Shown one piece after another: positions 7,721 through 16,220 of a DNA stretch of 43,546 bases (within the stretch, counting starts at the first letter, position 1; each line of letters starts with the position of its first letter). Both the position numbers and the translations under genes were made by a program. The notes under the pieces are model-generated. The model was not told the origin of the DNA. It made no database searches and saw only the letters and a list, made by a program, of their open reading frames with translations. The stretch comes from an uncultured Salinisphaerales bacterium (GTDB lineage Bacteria > Pseudomonadota > Gammaproteobacteria > Nevskiales > Nevskiaceae). The stretch spans positions 1 to 43,546 of the forward strand of contig CAZXXM010000001.1 in the NCBI GenBank assembly GCA_964644715.1. Reading direction: 5' to 3'.

Positions 7721-8460
7721 CTCGAATCTGCGCAATTTTATGCAGTCTGCTTGCGGTACTCGCTTGTCAGCGAAGTGAGCCGCAGCCCGCTGCCGAATCC
7801 AGCGTGGTGGTGCCTGAACCAAAGTCACAAGCGCACGAGCCAATCATCGGCTTCAAGTTCCTACGACTCGGCATGACGCTCGAAGATTTCCTTCGGCTCC
7901 CTGCTTCCGTGATCGATGTCGCTCATCAGGTCAATTGCAGCGAAGACCAGCAAGTAACGCTGTGCGCCATCGACGGGCAAACGCTCGCTGGTGACGAAGT
8001 TGAGATGCAGGCGCACTTTTACTCACTGGAGCCGGTGCCGCGCGTCGATCTCCTCCAGATTCCGCCTGACTACGAAATCAGCATGCAGGAAATCAGGATG
8101 GGCGGTCGCGAACCCGAAGAGAGGAAGCGCCAACAGCGTGAAGAGACGAAACGGCGCATCAGGGCGGAAAACCGTGAAAGGGAGCTCAACCGGGCCGGTG
8201 CGTATCGCCTCGCCAATATCGTCGCCCGGTACAATCCGAGCGCCAACTATCGCATCTTGCAAGCACTGACCGATCGGTACGGCCCACCGGTCAAATACGG
8301 GCCGCCCCTCAATCTCAGCGAATGGTCCGACCGGGATGCGAAACTGCAGTTCTCTGAGGGGCCGAGTCTCTTTCAAATCAATTATCTATACGTGCCTTTG
8401 AAGCCAGCCCAAGACGCCTACATCGAACGCCTGCGCAGGGAGCGCGCTGCCGATATGTAG
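7711..8460 (+). CDS. Lipoprotein co-transcribed with cI (possible superinfection exclusion)
   Basis: Signal peptide with VLAC lipobox; overlaps the cI stop; lower GC. Confidence 0.7.
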   Translation: MALTRICAILCSLLAVLACQRSEPQPAAESSVVVPEPKSQAHEPIIGFKFLRLGMTLEDFLRLPASVIDVAHQVNCSEDQQVTLCAIDGQTLAGDEVEMQAHFYSLEPVPRVDLLQIPPDYEISMQEIRMGGREPEERKRQQREETKRRIRAENRERELNRAGAYRLANIVARYNPSANYRILQALTDRYGPPVKYGPPLNLSEWSDRDAKLQFSEGPSLFQINYLYVPLKPAQDAYIERLRRERAADM

Positions 8461-8467
8461 ATTGGGC

Positions 8468-8511
8468 CGCAGGCATTGCCTGTTGACGAGTACAGGCATT
8501 GCCTGTATGTT
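8468..8511 (+). promoter_or_regulatory. PL promoter with two OL operators
   Basis: TTGACG(8483)-N17-TATGTT(8506); operators CGCAGGCATTGCCTGTT (8468) and TACAGGCATTGCCTGTA (8491) match OR. Confidence 0.85.
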
Positions 8512-8546
8512 GCCTCCGAGGTCGGCCATCCGACCGGGAGGCAGCC

Positions 8547-8744
8547 GTGCAGATCCCCGACCACTTGGTCGAGACCGTCCGACACCTCGCGGCAGCGAAC
8601 CTGCTGCAGGCGGCCGGCGACCTGCGCCTCATCGAGTCCCACCGCAGCCCTGACCACCCGAACGTGCGGGAAGCGCGCGCTCGGCTCGCCGCCGCCGGCG
8701 AGCTCGTCGCTCACGTTGGCCGGCCGACGCGGGCAGCCGCATGA
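8547..8744 (+). CDS. Hypothetical protein, first gene of the PL operon
   Basis: GGGAGG RBS before GTG 8547. Confidence 0.65.
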   Translation: MQIPDHLVETVRHLAAANLLQAAGDLRLIESHRSPDHPNVREARARLAAAGELVAHVGRPTRAAA

Positions 8745-8983
8745 ACGCCTGGATCGACGACGACGTCCGCATCGTCACCCTGGTCGAGGGACTGGCCGCG
8801 GTCGGCCTCACGCTGTCGAACGTGCCGGGCGGTGGGCTGCGGATCCACCGCGCCGAGACGGTCGCGAACGTGATCGACCTCGGCGCGCGCCGGCGCCGCG
8901 ACCTCAAGACCGACAGCCAGATCCGCGCCGGCATGCAGGAGCTGCACCGGCACTCGCCCGATCACGATCCGGGTGCCGCATGA
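8741..8983 (+). CDS. Hypothetical protein
   Basis: ATGA coupling on both sides. Confidence 0.7.
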   Translation: MNAWIDDDVRIVTLVEGLAAVGLTLSNVPGGGLRIHRAETVANVIDLGARRRRDLKTDSQIRAGMQELHRHSPDHDPGAA

Positions 8984-9219
8984 AACACCCCGACGGGATC
9001 TTCGAGCACTTCGAGAGTCTCTTCAGCCGGCGCCCGGCGGTGGTCCAGTACACGCAGGAAACCATCGGCGTCCTGTACCAGCAGTGGAGCGCCGAGGGCT
9101 ACCAGCTCGTCTCGAACGAGCTGCGCCAGGGCCAGGACACGCTGGTCATGTCGAAGGACGGCGACGTGCGTGCGGCGATCGACCAGGGCGAGCAGCGTGC
9201 GTGGGGATCGCTGTCATGA
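8980..9219 (+). CDS. Hypothetical protein
   Basis: MKHPDGIFEHF...; ATGA coupling. Confidence 0.7.
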   Translation: MKHPDGIFEHFESLFSRRPAVVQYTQETIGVLYQQWSAEGYQLVSNELRQGQDTLVMSKDGDVRAAIDQGEQRAWGSLS

Positions 9220-9590
9220 GCCAGGACCTCCGCCCGAAGCACCGCACCGTGCTCAACGAGCGCGTGATGCCGCCCGCGAGCTTACCGGCGCAGCACACGC
9301 CTGGGCCGTGGTACGCCAACGAAGGGCCTCACTGGCTGTATGTCGTCCGCGAGGGCGCCCAACGCGACGAGTTCGGCGACCTGCCGACCATCTGTGGCAC
9401 TCGCTGGACCGGAACCGTCACCGAACAGGAACGCGCCGATGTCAGATTGATCGCCGCGAGTCCCGATCTCCTGTGCTCGCTTGAGAGCTTGCTGGCGTGG
9501 ATCGACACGCTGCCGAACGTGAACGAGATGGCGCTGCCAGCCATTGATGCCGCGCGCGCCGCGGTGGCGCGCGCGAAGGGGCGGCCATGA
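9216..9590 (+). CDS. Hypothetical phage protein (HTPGPW...RLIAASPDLL type)
   Basis: Widespread phage early-gene motif. Confidence 0.75.
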   Translation: MSQDLRPKHRTVLNERVMPPASLPAQHTPGPWYANEGPHWLYVVREGAQRDEFGDLPTICGTRWTGTVTEQERADVRLIAASPDLLCSLESLLAWIDTLPNVNEMALPAIDAARAAVARAKGRP

Positions 9591-9802
9591 AGCGCTGCGA
9601 TCACCGGAGCGCGGCCGAAGCAATCCGCGAGGCGATGCGCCACGACTTCATCCCGGCACATCGGCGCGACGGGCTGATCGTCCTGTCCAATGGCAAGCGC
9701 CAGGTGGCGGTGGCGCGCGAGGCGCGGCCCCGCTCGACCGTCTTCCACCTGGTCGATGAGTTCCCAGCCGACACCGCGGTTACCGCGGCGGAGGCGGCAT
9801 GA
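9587..9802 (+). CDS. Hypothetical protein
   Basis: ATGA coupling. Confidence 0.6.
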   Translation: MKRCDHRSAAEAIREAMRHDFIPAHRRDGLIVLSNGKRQVAVAREARPRSTVFHLVDEFPADTAVTAAEAA

Positions 9803-10017
9803 CGACGCCCGAGCAGTTCGTCACGGACTGCGCCGACCTGGTCGCGATCCTGTCGTTCGGCTGGCTGGCGCTGATCGCGTGGACCTGGTGGCTCGAGCGC
9901 CGCGCGCGCCGGCACGAGCGCGAGGTCCTGCCACCGCCCATCGACGGCCGCGACCACAACGCTGAGTCCATCGCCGAGTGGCAGCGCAAGCGCGACGCGA
10001 TCGCGCGCACCGAGTAA
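9799..10017 (+). CDS. Hypothetical membrane protein
   Basis: One hydrophobic segment; GGAGG RBS. Confidence 0.65.
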   Translation: MTTPEQFVTDCADLVAILSFGWLALIAWTWWLERRARRHEREVLPPPIDGRDHNAESIAEWQRKRDAIARTE

Positions 10018-10029
10018 TAGGAGGACCCG

Positions 10030-10254
10030 ATGGGACGCCAGCGAAAGTGGTTGCCGCGCCGCACGCCGCAGGACGACGTGAACGCGCTCATTTCCTGGTA
10101 CGAGCGCAATGCGCCAGGGGGGGGTCCTAAGATGATTCCCGTCAATCTCGACGATGCCGGGCTCGATCGCTTCGCCGAACGCAGCGACGAGGACGGGATC
10201 TGGAACTACCGGGGCCGCAAGCTGCAGCAGGTGCGCGACGGCAATGGTCGCTGA
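10030..10254 (+). CDS. Hypothetical protein
   Basis: GAGGA RBS; 74 aa. Confidence 0.7.
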   Translation: MGRQRKWLPRRTPQDDVNALISWYERNAPGGGPKMIPVNLDDAGLDRFAERSDEDGIWNYRGRKLQQVRDGNGR

Positions 10255-11090
10255 TGCCGCGCAAGCTCTGGACCGAGCGCGAGCTCAGGATCCTGCGGCG
10301 CGACTACCCGCGCATTCCGACGCGCGTGCTGGCGTTTCGCATCGGCCGTCCGGTGCAGAAGATCTACGCGCAGGCCTCGAGGCTCGGGCTGCACAAGTCG
10401 GCGGCATTTATGGCGGATGCGAAGGCCTCCGGGCGCTTCGACAAGCTGTCGAAGGCGGGCGAGGCGTTCCGCTATCCCAAGGGACACGTGCCGGCAAACA
10501 AGGGGGCGCGCCGCCCGGGCTGGCACCGCGGCCGGATGCGCGAGACGCAGTTCAAGAAGGGGCAGCGATCGCACACGTGGCGGCCGATCGGCAGCACGCG
10601 AATCGATGCGGACGGCTTCCTGCTGCGCAAAGTGCGGGAGGCGAAGTACATCTGGGATGCGTGGAAGCCGGTGCACCGCCTGCTCTGGCAGGAGCATCAC
10701 GGCCAGATTCCTCCGAAGCATGTCATCGCGTTCAAGGACCGCAGCCAGAAGGTGCCGGTCCTGCTCGGGAATCTCGAGATCATCTCGATGGCGGAGAACG
10801 CGCGCCGCAATCACTGGAAGCGGTCGCTGCCGCGGGACCTGGCGCTCGCCATCATGGCCCGCGGCGCGCTGAAACGACGAATCAGGGAACGGAGGGAGCA
10901 TGAGCCGGACGATCAAGGACCTGCGCGAAAAGCTGTTCGACACGATCGACGCGCTTACGCGGGACAAAGACCCGATGGAAATCGATCGCGCGGAGGCGGT
11001 CGTCCAGGTCGCGGACTCGATCATCGAAAGCGCGAAGGTCGAGGTCGCAGCGATGAAGATCGCCGGCGGCCCAGGCACCGGGTTCGTTGA
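10254..11090 (+). CDS. HNH-family endonuclease-like protein
   Basis: FKKG/YPKG repeats, VHRLLWQEHHGQIP..HVIAFKD...NLEIIS..EN; its C-terminal tail overlaps the next gene. Confidence 0.8.
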   Translation: MPRKLWTERELRILRRDYPRIPTRVLAFRIGRPVQKIYAQASRLGLHKSAAFMADAKASGRFDKLSKAGEAFRYPKGHVPANKGARRPGWHRGRMRETQFKKGQRSHTWRPIGSTRIDADGFLLRKVREAKYIWDAWKPVHRLLWQEHHGQIPPKHVIAFKDRSQKVPVLLGNLEIISMAENARRNHWKRSLPRDLALAIMARGALKRRIRERREHEPDDQGPARKAVRHDRRAYAGQRPDGNRSRGGGRPGRGLDHRKREGRGRSDEDRRRPRHRVR

Positions 11091-11172
11091 CACCGGATCC
11101 GCTACGCCAGCGATTCCAGATCAGCGGCCGCGTGGCCACGAGCGGCTGTCGGCCGTGAAGACGCGGGCATGA
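10900..11172 (+). CDS. Hypothetical protein commonly found beside this HNH type
   Basis: IKDLREKLFDTIDAL...EIDRAEAV..VADSIIESAKVEV; GGAG RBS. Confidence 0.8.
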   Translation: MSRTIKDLREKLFDTIDALTRDKDPMEIDRAEAVVQVADSIIESAKVEVAAMKIAGGPGTGFVDTGSATPAIPDQRPRGHERLSAVKTRA

Positions 11173-12911
11173 AACCGACCCTCGGCAAGTTCGCCGGCGA
11201 CGACGGCGCCGCAACGATCGACCTGCAGCGCCTGCTTGAGACGCGCCTGCTGATCCAGGCGAACTCGGGCGGCGGCAAGAGCTGGGCGATCCGCCGCCTG
11301 CTCGAGCAGACCGCCGGCCAGGTACAGCAGCTCGTGATCGACCCAGAGGGCGAGTTCCCGACGCTGCGCGAACGCTTCGACTACGTGATCGCGGCCGCCC
11401 ACGACGGCGATGCGGTAGCACACCCGCGCTCGGCCGCCCTCCTCGCCCGCCGGCTGCTCGAGACCGGCGTCAGCGCGATCCTGGACATCTACGACCTCAA
11501 GGCCCACGAGCGCCAGGCGTTCGTGCGGCTGTTCTGCGAGGCGCTCGTGAACGCGCCGAAATCGCTGTGGCGCCCGACCCTCGTGGTCCTGGACGAGGCC
11601 CACGTCTTCTGCCCGGAGGCTGGCAAGGCGGAGTCCGCCGGCGCCGTGATCGACCTGGCGACGCGCGGTCGCAAGCGCGGCTTCGCGCTGATCGCCGCGA
11701 CCCAGCGCCTGGCGAAGCTGCACAAGGACACCGCGGCCGAGCTGCTGAACAAGCTGATCGGCCGCACCGGGCTCGACGTCGACGTGCGGCGCGCCGCCGA
11801 CGAGCTCGGCATGACGCCGCGGGAGGCGATGGAGAAGCTGCGCGCGCTGGATCCTGGCGACTTCTACGCCTTCGGCCCCGCGCTGTCGCCCGTCGTCCGC
11901 CAGCTGCGGGTCGGCGACGTCCAGACGTCGCACCCGAAGGCCGGCAAGCGGATCCTGCAGGCGCCGCCCAAGCCAACGGCCGCGATCAAGGCGGTGCTGC
12001 CGAAGCTGGCAGATCTGCCGAAAGAGGCCGCCCAGGAGCAGAAGACGCTCGAGGACCTGCGGCGCGAGCTCGCCGGCGCGCGGCGCGAGCTGACGCTGGC
12101 GAAGCGCGCGCAGCCGGTGGCCGGTCCGAATCGCGAGGACCTGGTCCGCGCTCGAGCCGAGGGCATCGAAGCCGGGCGCGCCGCCGGCCGCAGCGAGCTG
12201 ATCCGCGAGATCACGTCCCAAGTTGTCACGATCGGCAAACTTGGCGAGACGCTGCTCCTGCGCCAACACGAACTCGTAGGCAAACTAGAAAAGGTCGCGC
12301 CGGCGGAGAACCCGGCCTCGCAGGGTCACACGCACCGGCCCGGGGTAGCCCGCATAGGGAGCCAAACGGGAGGGAACGGTGGCCGCACCAGATTGCACCG
12401 GCAGATTGACGCCGGCGCGGCCCCCACCGGGAACGGCTCACTCCCGCCGGCGCGGCAGCGGATCCTCGACAAGCTCGCCTGGTGCGATCAGCGCGGCGTT
12501 TACCCTCCCAGGAAGGAGACCCTCGCGGCCGTCTGCGGCGCATCAGCAAGATCCAGCGCCTACACGAACAATCTGGGAGCCCTGCGATCTGCGGGCCTCA
12601 TCGATTACCCGGCTCCCGGGCTCGTAGAACTGACCAAAGCCGGGCAGGATCTCGCGCGGATCACGGATGACGACCGCACGATGCACGAGCACTGGTTCGA
12701 CGTCGTCACGCCGGCGCAGCGCAGGATCCTCGAGCATCTCGTCGCCCGCCACCCGACGACGATCGGGAAGTCCGATCTGGCTGAAGCGGTCGGCGCGAGC
12801 GCGGCCTCGAGCGCCTACACGAACAACCTCGGCCGTCTGCGCACGCTGGGCGCGATCGACTATCCGAGCCCGGGCTTGGTCGCGCTCACACGGCATGTGA
12901 TGCCGGAATGA
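11169..12911 (+). CDS. HerA/FtsK-superfamily ATPase (DUF87-like) with two C-terminal wHTH-like repeats
   Basis: Walker A ANSGGGKS, Walker B VVLDEAH, RGRKRG, ATQR; SSAYTNNLG.LR..G.IDYP occurs twice. Confidence 0.85.
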   Translation: MKPTLGKFAGDDGAATIDLQRLLETRLLIQANSGGGKSWAIRRLLEQTAGQVQQLVIDPEGEFPTLRERFDYVIAAAHDGDAVAHPRSAALLARRLLETGVSAILDIYDLKAHERQAFVRLFCEALVNAPKSLWRPTLVVLDEAHVFCPEAGKAESAGAVIDLATRGRKRGFALIAATQRLAKLHKDTAAELLNKLIGRTGLDVDVRRAADELGMTPREAMEKLRALDPGDFYAFGPALSPVVRQLRVGDVQTSHPKAGKRILQAPPKPTAAIKAVLPKLADLPKEAAQEQKTLEDLRRELAGARRELTLAKRAQPVAGPNREDLVRARAEGIEAGRAAGRSELIREITSQVVTIGKLGETLLLRQHELVGKLEKVAPAENPASQGHTHRPGVARIGSQTGGNGGRTRLHRQIDAGAAPTGNGSLPPARQRILDKLAWCDQRGVYPPRKETLAAVCGASARSSAYTNNLGALRSAGLIDYPAPGLVELTKAGQDLARITDDDRTMHEHWFDVVTPAQRRILEHLVARHPTTIGKSDLAEAVGASAASSAYTNNLGRLRTLGAIDYPSPGLVALTRHVMPE

Positions 12912-13024
12912 GCCGCCCCGCCGAACGTCTGCCGCTACCGCCCTGGGGCCTCCGGGAGATCGCCCGGTTCATGGCCAGGCGGGTGATCCGACCGAAGTTG
13001 CCGCGGCGCGCGCCGAGCCGGTAG
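12908..13024 (+). CDS. 38-aa basic peptide (possible recombination directionality factor)
   Basis: MSRPAERLPLPPWGLREIARFMARRVIRPKLPRRAPSR; ATGA-coupled; lies just upstream of the serine recombinase. Confidence 0.45.
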   Translation: MSRPAERLPLPPWGLREIARFMARRVIRPKLPRRAPSR

Positions 13025-13034
13025 GCTGGCCTTC

Positions 13035-13214
13035 ATGTGGGGGGCTGTTCGCCGAACATACTACCGGCTGCGCTATCGGTTGACGCGCCATCCGGTAGAC
13101 GCGCTTCTCACCTACGCTGGCTGCAACGGATGGCCGGAAATACCGAAAGCACGCGAGCGCGAGCTGCGACAAATGTGCGATGAGAAGGTCCAGATACCCC
13201 GGCACGAGCCGTGA
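13035..13214 (+). CDS. 59-aa hypothetical protein
   Basis: Its stop overlaps the recombinase GTG; no clear RBS. Confidence 0.35.
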   Translation: MWGAVRRTYYRLRYRLTRHPVDALLTYAGCNGWPEIPKARERELRQMCDEKVQIPRHEP

Positions 13215-14704
13215 CATTGCGCGCGATTCTTTACGCCCGCTACAGCACCGAGCGCCAGACCGAGGCCTCGATTGACGACCAGCTGCGCGTCTGCCGCGAG
13301 TACGCCGCCGCGCGCGGCTGGACCGTCGCTGGCGAGCACGCTGACGAGGGGATATCCGGCGCCGCGCTCGGCAACCGGCGCGGTGTCCGTGACGCTCTGG
13401 CAGCCCTGCAGCGCGAGGATGTCCTGCTCCTGACGGACCTGTCGCGCCTGTCCAGATCGCAGGACCTGGCGCCGCTGCTGACCCGCCTGCGGCACCGCGG
13501 CGTGCGGGTCATCGGGATCCAGGACGGCTTCGATTCGGACAGTCGCACGGCCCGCATGCAGGCTGGGCTGTCGGGGATCCTGTCCGAGGAGTATCGCGCC
13601 CAGATCGCCTCGAGGACGCACTCGGCGCTCGAGCTGCGCGCTCGCGAGCGGCGCGCGACAGGCGGGCGTGCCTACGACGACGTCGAGGTCCTGCGCGAGA
13701 TCTTCGCCCGCTTCGCCGGCGGCGAGACCATGAAGGCGATCGCCGGCGACCTGAACCGCCGCGGGATCCCGTCGCCTGGTGCCACGTGGAACCGCAGCCG
13801 GCCTCGAGGGCGATGGCTGGTATCCGCCTTGCACGCGATCCTGCACAACGAGCGATATGCGGGCCGCCTGGTCTGGAACCGCTCGCAGTGGATCCGCGAT
13901 CCGGACACCGGCCGGCGCCTGCGCCGGGAGCGGCCGCGCTCGGAGTGGGTCGTCAGTGACATCGAACCGGTCATCGACGAGGTGACCTGGCAGCGGGTCC
14001 AGGAGCGGTTCCGCGCCAACGGTGGCGGCCGCGGCGGCGCGCGCAGGTATCTACTGTCGGGCATCCTCGAGTGCGGGCTGTGCGGGGCGAAGCTGATCGT
14101 CGTCGGCGGCAGCCAGCACCGCTACGTCTGCGGGACCTATCACGGCGGCGGCGAGCATGCCTGTGCGAACGACCGGAGCGTGCCGCGGGCGATCGCGGAG
14201 GACGGCATCCTGAGGCCGGTCATGGACGAGCTGCTGTCTGCGGAGGGGATCAAGGTGGGGATGGAGGCGCTGAGGGACGCCCGCCGGGAGGCGGAGCGCC
14301 AGCCGCACCCGGCGCGCGCGGAGGTGCGCGAGCTCGAGCGCCTGGTCAGGGAGGGGATTCTGTCGCGGGAGACTGCCGCGCCGGCGCTGAATCAGGCCCG
14401 GCGACACCTCGACGAGGCGCTGGACCTGCCGTGGCCTTCGGAGAAGCTCTGGCGGGAGTCGGTGGAGGGGATGCGGGAGATTCTGGAGGGGGAGGACGTT
14501 GGCGCCTCACGCGAGGTCCTGGCGGGCCTCCTCGGCACCATCCGGTGCCGGCCGGCCGAGGAGCCTGGCTTCGTGGTCGCGGAACTGGCCGCCTGGCGCA
14601 CGGTAATGGCCGTGGGCGGCCGCTCCGGTAGATGGGTTGGTAGCGGGGGCCTGCATCGAATCTGGCTACCCACGTCCTCGAGGCTGCGCGACACGACCAT
14701 CTAA
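13211..14704 (+). CDS. Large serine recombinase (integrase)
   Basis: YARYSTERQ catalytic Ser, DEGISG, SRLSRS, recombinase domain, zinc ribbon LLSGILECGLCG...YVC...AC. Confidence 0.95.
   Translation: MTLRAILYARYSTERQTEASIDDQLRVCREYAAARGWTVAGEHADEGISGAALGNRRGVRDALAALQREDVLLLTDLSRLSRSQDLAPLLTRLRHRGVRVIGIQDGFDSDSRTARMQAGLSGILSEEYRAQIASRTHSALELRARERRATGGRAYDDVEVLREIFARFAGGETMKAIAGDLNRRGIPSPGATWNRSRPRGRWLVSALHAILHNERYAGRLVWNRSQWIRDPDTGRRLRRERPRSEWVVSDIEPVIDEVTWQRVQERFRANGGGRGGARRYLLSGILECGLCGAKLIVVGGSQHRYVCGTYHGGGEHACANDRSVPRAIAEDGILRPVMDELLSAEGIKVGMEALRDARREAERQPHPARAEVRELERLVREGILSRETAAPALNQARRHLDEALDLPWPSEKLWRESVEGMREILEGEDVGASREVLAGLLGTIRCRPAEEPGFVVAELAAWRTVMAVGGRSGRWVGSGGLHRIWLPTSSRLRDTTI
14638..14670. 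other. Putative attP inside the integrase 3' end
   Basis: Reverse complement of 14638-14651 is GGCCCCCGCTACCA, like the 3' end of tRNA-fMet; inverted arms GGTAGC (14639) and GCTACC (14665). Confidence 0.65.
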
Positions 14705-14760
14705 ATGCGTCCGGCACACGCCCCGATCTGGGGGCCACTGTCCGTGCCAATAAATAACTA

Positions 14761-14788
14761 TTGACTCCGTTAAGGGTTAGTGGATAAT
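14761..14788 (+). promoter_or_regulatory. Putative sigma70 promoter of the toxin-antitoxin pair
   Basis: AT-rich island; TTGACT-N16-GATAAT; second TTGACC at 14794. Confidence 0.5.
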
Positions 14789-14825
14789 AACACTTGACCG
14801 CAGGGCAATAGTAAAGGATAAAGGC

Positions 14826-15026
14826 ATGGACAAGAAGGAAATCGAGCAGCTGATCAGGGACGCGCAGAAGTGGCAGGGCTGGCGCGTCGTGGAAACGAAG
14901 AAGGGCTGGATGCTCTACCCGCCGGACAAGAGCCTGTCCGGGGTTCCGGTCCACAAGACGCCGAGCGACTGGCGAGCGTGGCAGAACCTGAAGTCGCAGC
15001 TGCGCAGGAGAGGCGCCCCGATCTAG
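14826..15026 (+). CDS. HicA-like toxin
   Basis: 66 aa, basic; GWRVVETKKGW.LYPPD...VPVHKTPSD.RA..N...LRRRG. Confidence 0.7.
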   Translation: MDKKEIEQLIRDAQKWQGWRVVETKKGWMLYPPDKSLSGVPVHKTPSDWRAWQNLKSQLRRRGAPI

Positions 15027-15043
15027 GGGCGCAGGAGGATAGG

Positions 15044-15535
15044 ATGAACGCCAAGGAATTCGCGGTCGATGTGGTGCTCCGCACGGAGCGGCCGCTCACT
15101 CAGAATCAGCTTTTCGCGGTCGCCGAAGTCGCCGCGGCCGCCGGCAACCCCGGCAGCACGCGCCTCGAGGCCACGGTGGTACTCGACGCCGACACGATGG
15201 CCGATGCCATGACGCAGGCGTTGCAGCGCGTGCGCGCGCTGGTCGCCGGCGAGCCGGTCGCCGTTCACGTGATGACCGGCGAAGAAAACGATCGCCGGAT
15301 CAACGCCCGCCCCGACAAGCTCGTCGGCATCTTCGAGATCGCTCAGATCCTCAGCGTCAGCAAGCAGCGCGTGTTCCAGCTGCTCGAGCGGGCCGACTTC
15401 CCTGCCCCGCATGCCAAGCTGGCGTGCGGGAAGATCTGGCGCAAGGCGGACCTGTCGACCTTCCAGGAAACCTGGCAGCGCAAGCCAGGACGGCCGTGGC
15501 CGACGAAGTCGGACGAGGCGCGCGCCGAGGCCTGA
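15044..15535 (+). CDS. Putative antitoxin (HicB-like N-terminus, AlpA-like HTH C-terminus)
   Basis: AGGAGG RBS; LVGIFEIAQILSVSKQRVFQL...DFPAP...GKIW. Confidence 0.7.
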   Translation: MNAKEFAVDVVLRTERPLTQNQLFAVAEVAAAAGNPGSTRLEATVVLDADTMADAMTQALQRVRALVAGEPVAVHVMTGEENDRRINARPDKLVGIFEIAQILSVSKQRVFQLLERADFPAPHAKLACGKIWRKADLSTFQETWQRKPGRPWPTKSDEARAEA

Positions 15536-15538
15536 TCT

Positions 15539-15925
15539 CTAGGCCGCGTCCCCGTTCGTCACGAATCCGTGCCAGCCGCAACCCTCCCCGTCTAACAGGA
15601 TGGACGGCTGCAGCGTCAGATCCTCGAAGCGTGAGCCGGATACCGACCAGCGTGTATCGGCGCCGGCCTTGTTCTTCGACATCGTTCCTGGCGGCGCCTT
15701 CCCTGCAAAGCCGATCATGACGAAGTGCGTACCGACGGCGCCGCCATTGCGCTGAAAGCACAGCGGGCAGAGGAACCAGAGTCCGTGCGCCTCCTCGAGC
15801 GTGGCGACTCGCACCAGGTACTCGCGGGGGCCACGGACGGTCTCGACGTCGGCGTCCGTGTAATTCAACGGATCCGCGCCCGGGCGGACACGCTGGTACT
15901 CGCCCTCGCGCACCTCGGCCCGCAT
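15539..15925 (-). CDS. Cys/His protein (DUF6527-like); last late gene
   Basis: FLCPLC...H...LTLQPSIL....CGWHGFVTNG; may start at CTG 15958. Confidence 0.7.
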   Translation of the reverse strand: MRAEVREGEYQRVRPGADPLNYTDADVETVRGPREYLVRVATLEEAHGLWFLCPLCFQRNGGAVGTHFVMIGFAGKAPPGTMSKNKAGADTRWSVSGSRFEDLTLQPSILLDGEGCGWHGFVTNGDAA

Positions 15926-15959
15926 GAACCGCGGGTCGAGGTCGATCAGGCGCGGCAGG

Positions 15960-16220
15960 TCAGCTGTCCTGCAACCGCTTCGAGCCGGCCTCGATGCTGG
16001 CGATGACCGCGTCCCAGTCCGCGTCGCCGATCGTTCCGCCCTGGGCGTGCAGCTCCTCGAGCTTCGCGCGCACCGCCGCCAGGTGCGCCTCGACGTCCTG
16101 CCCGGACTCGGCGATCGTCGCCAGGTTGTCGACCACCTGCCCGAGCTTCGCCTGCCCGGCCAGGTTGAGCGCGAGGCCTGCCGTGCGGCCGAGCGTAATG
16201 AACCACAGCAACGAGTTCAT
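15960..16220 (-). CDS. Hypothetical protein in the lysis module
   Basis: GGAGG RBS; ATGA-coupled. Confidence 0.75.
   Translation of the reverse strand: MNSLLWFITLGRTAGLALNLAGQAKLGQVVDNLATIAESGQDVEAHLAAVRAKLEELHAQGGTIGDADWDAVIASIEAGSKRLQDS

Noticed and set aside
10900-11090. Functional dual-coding overlap of the HNH tail with the next gene
   Set aside because: The extension is low-complexity read-through, most likely from a lost stop codon.
14638-14651. tRNA gene
   Set aside because: Only 14 nt of a 3' end; no cloverleaf.
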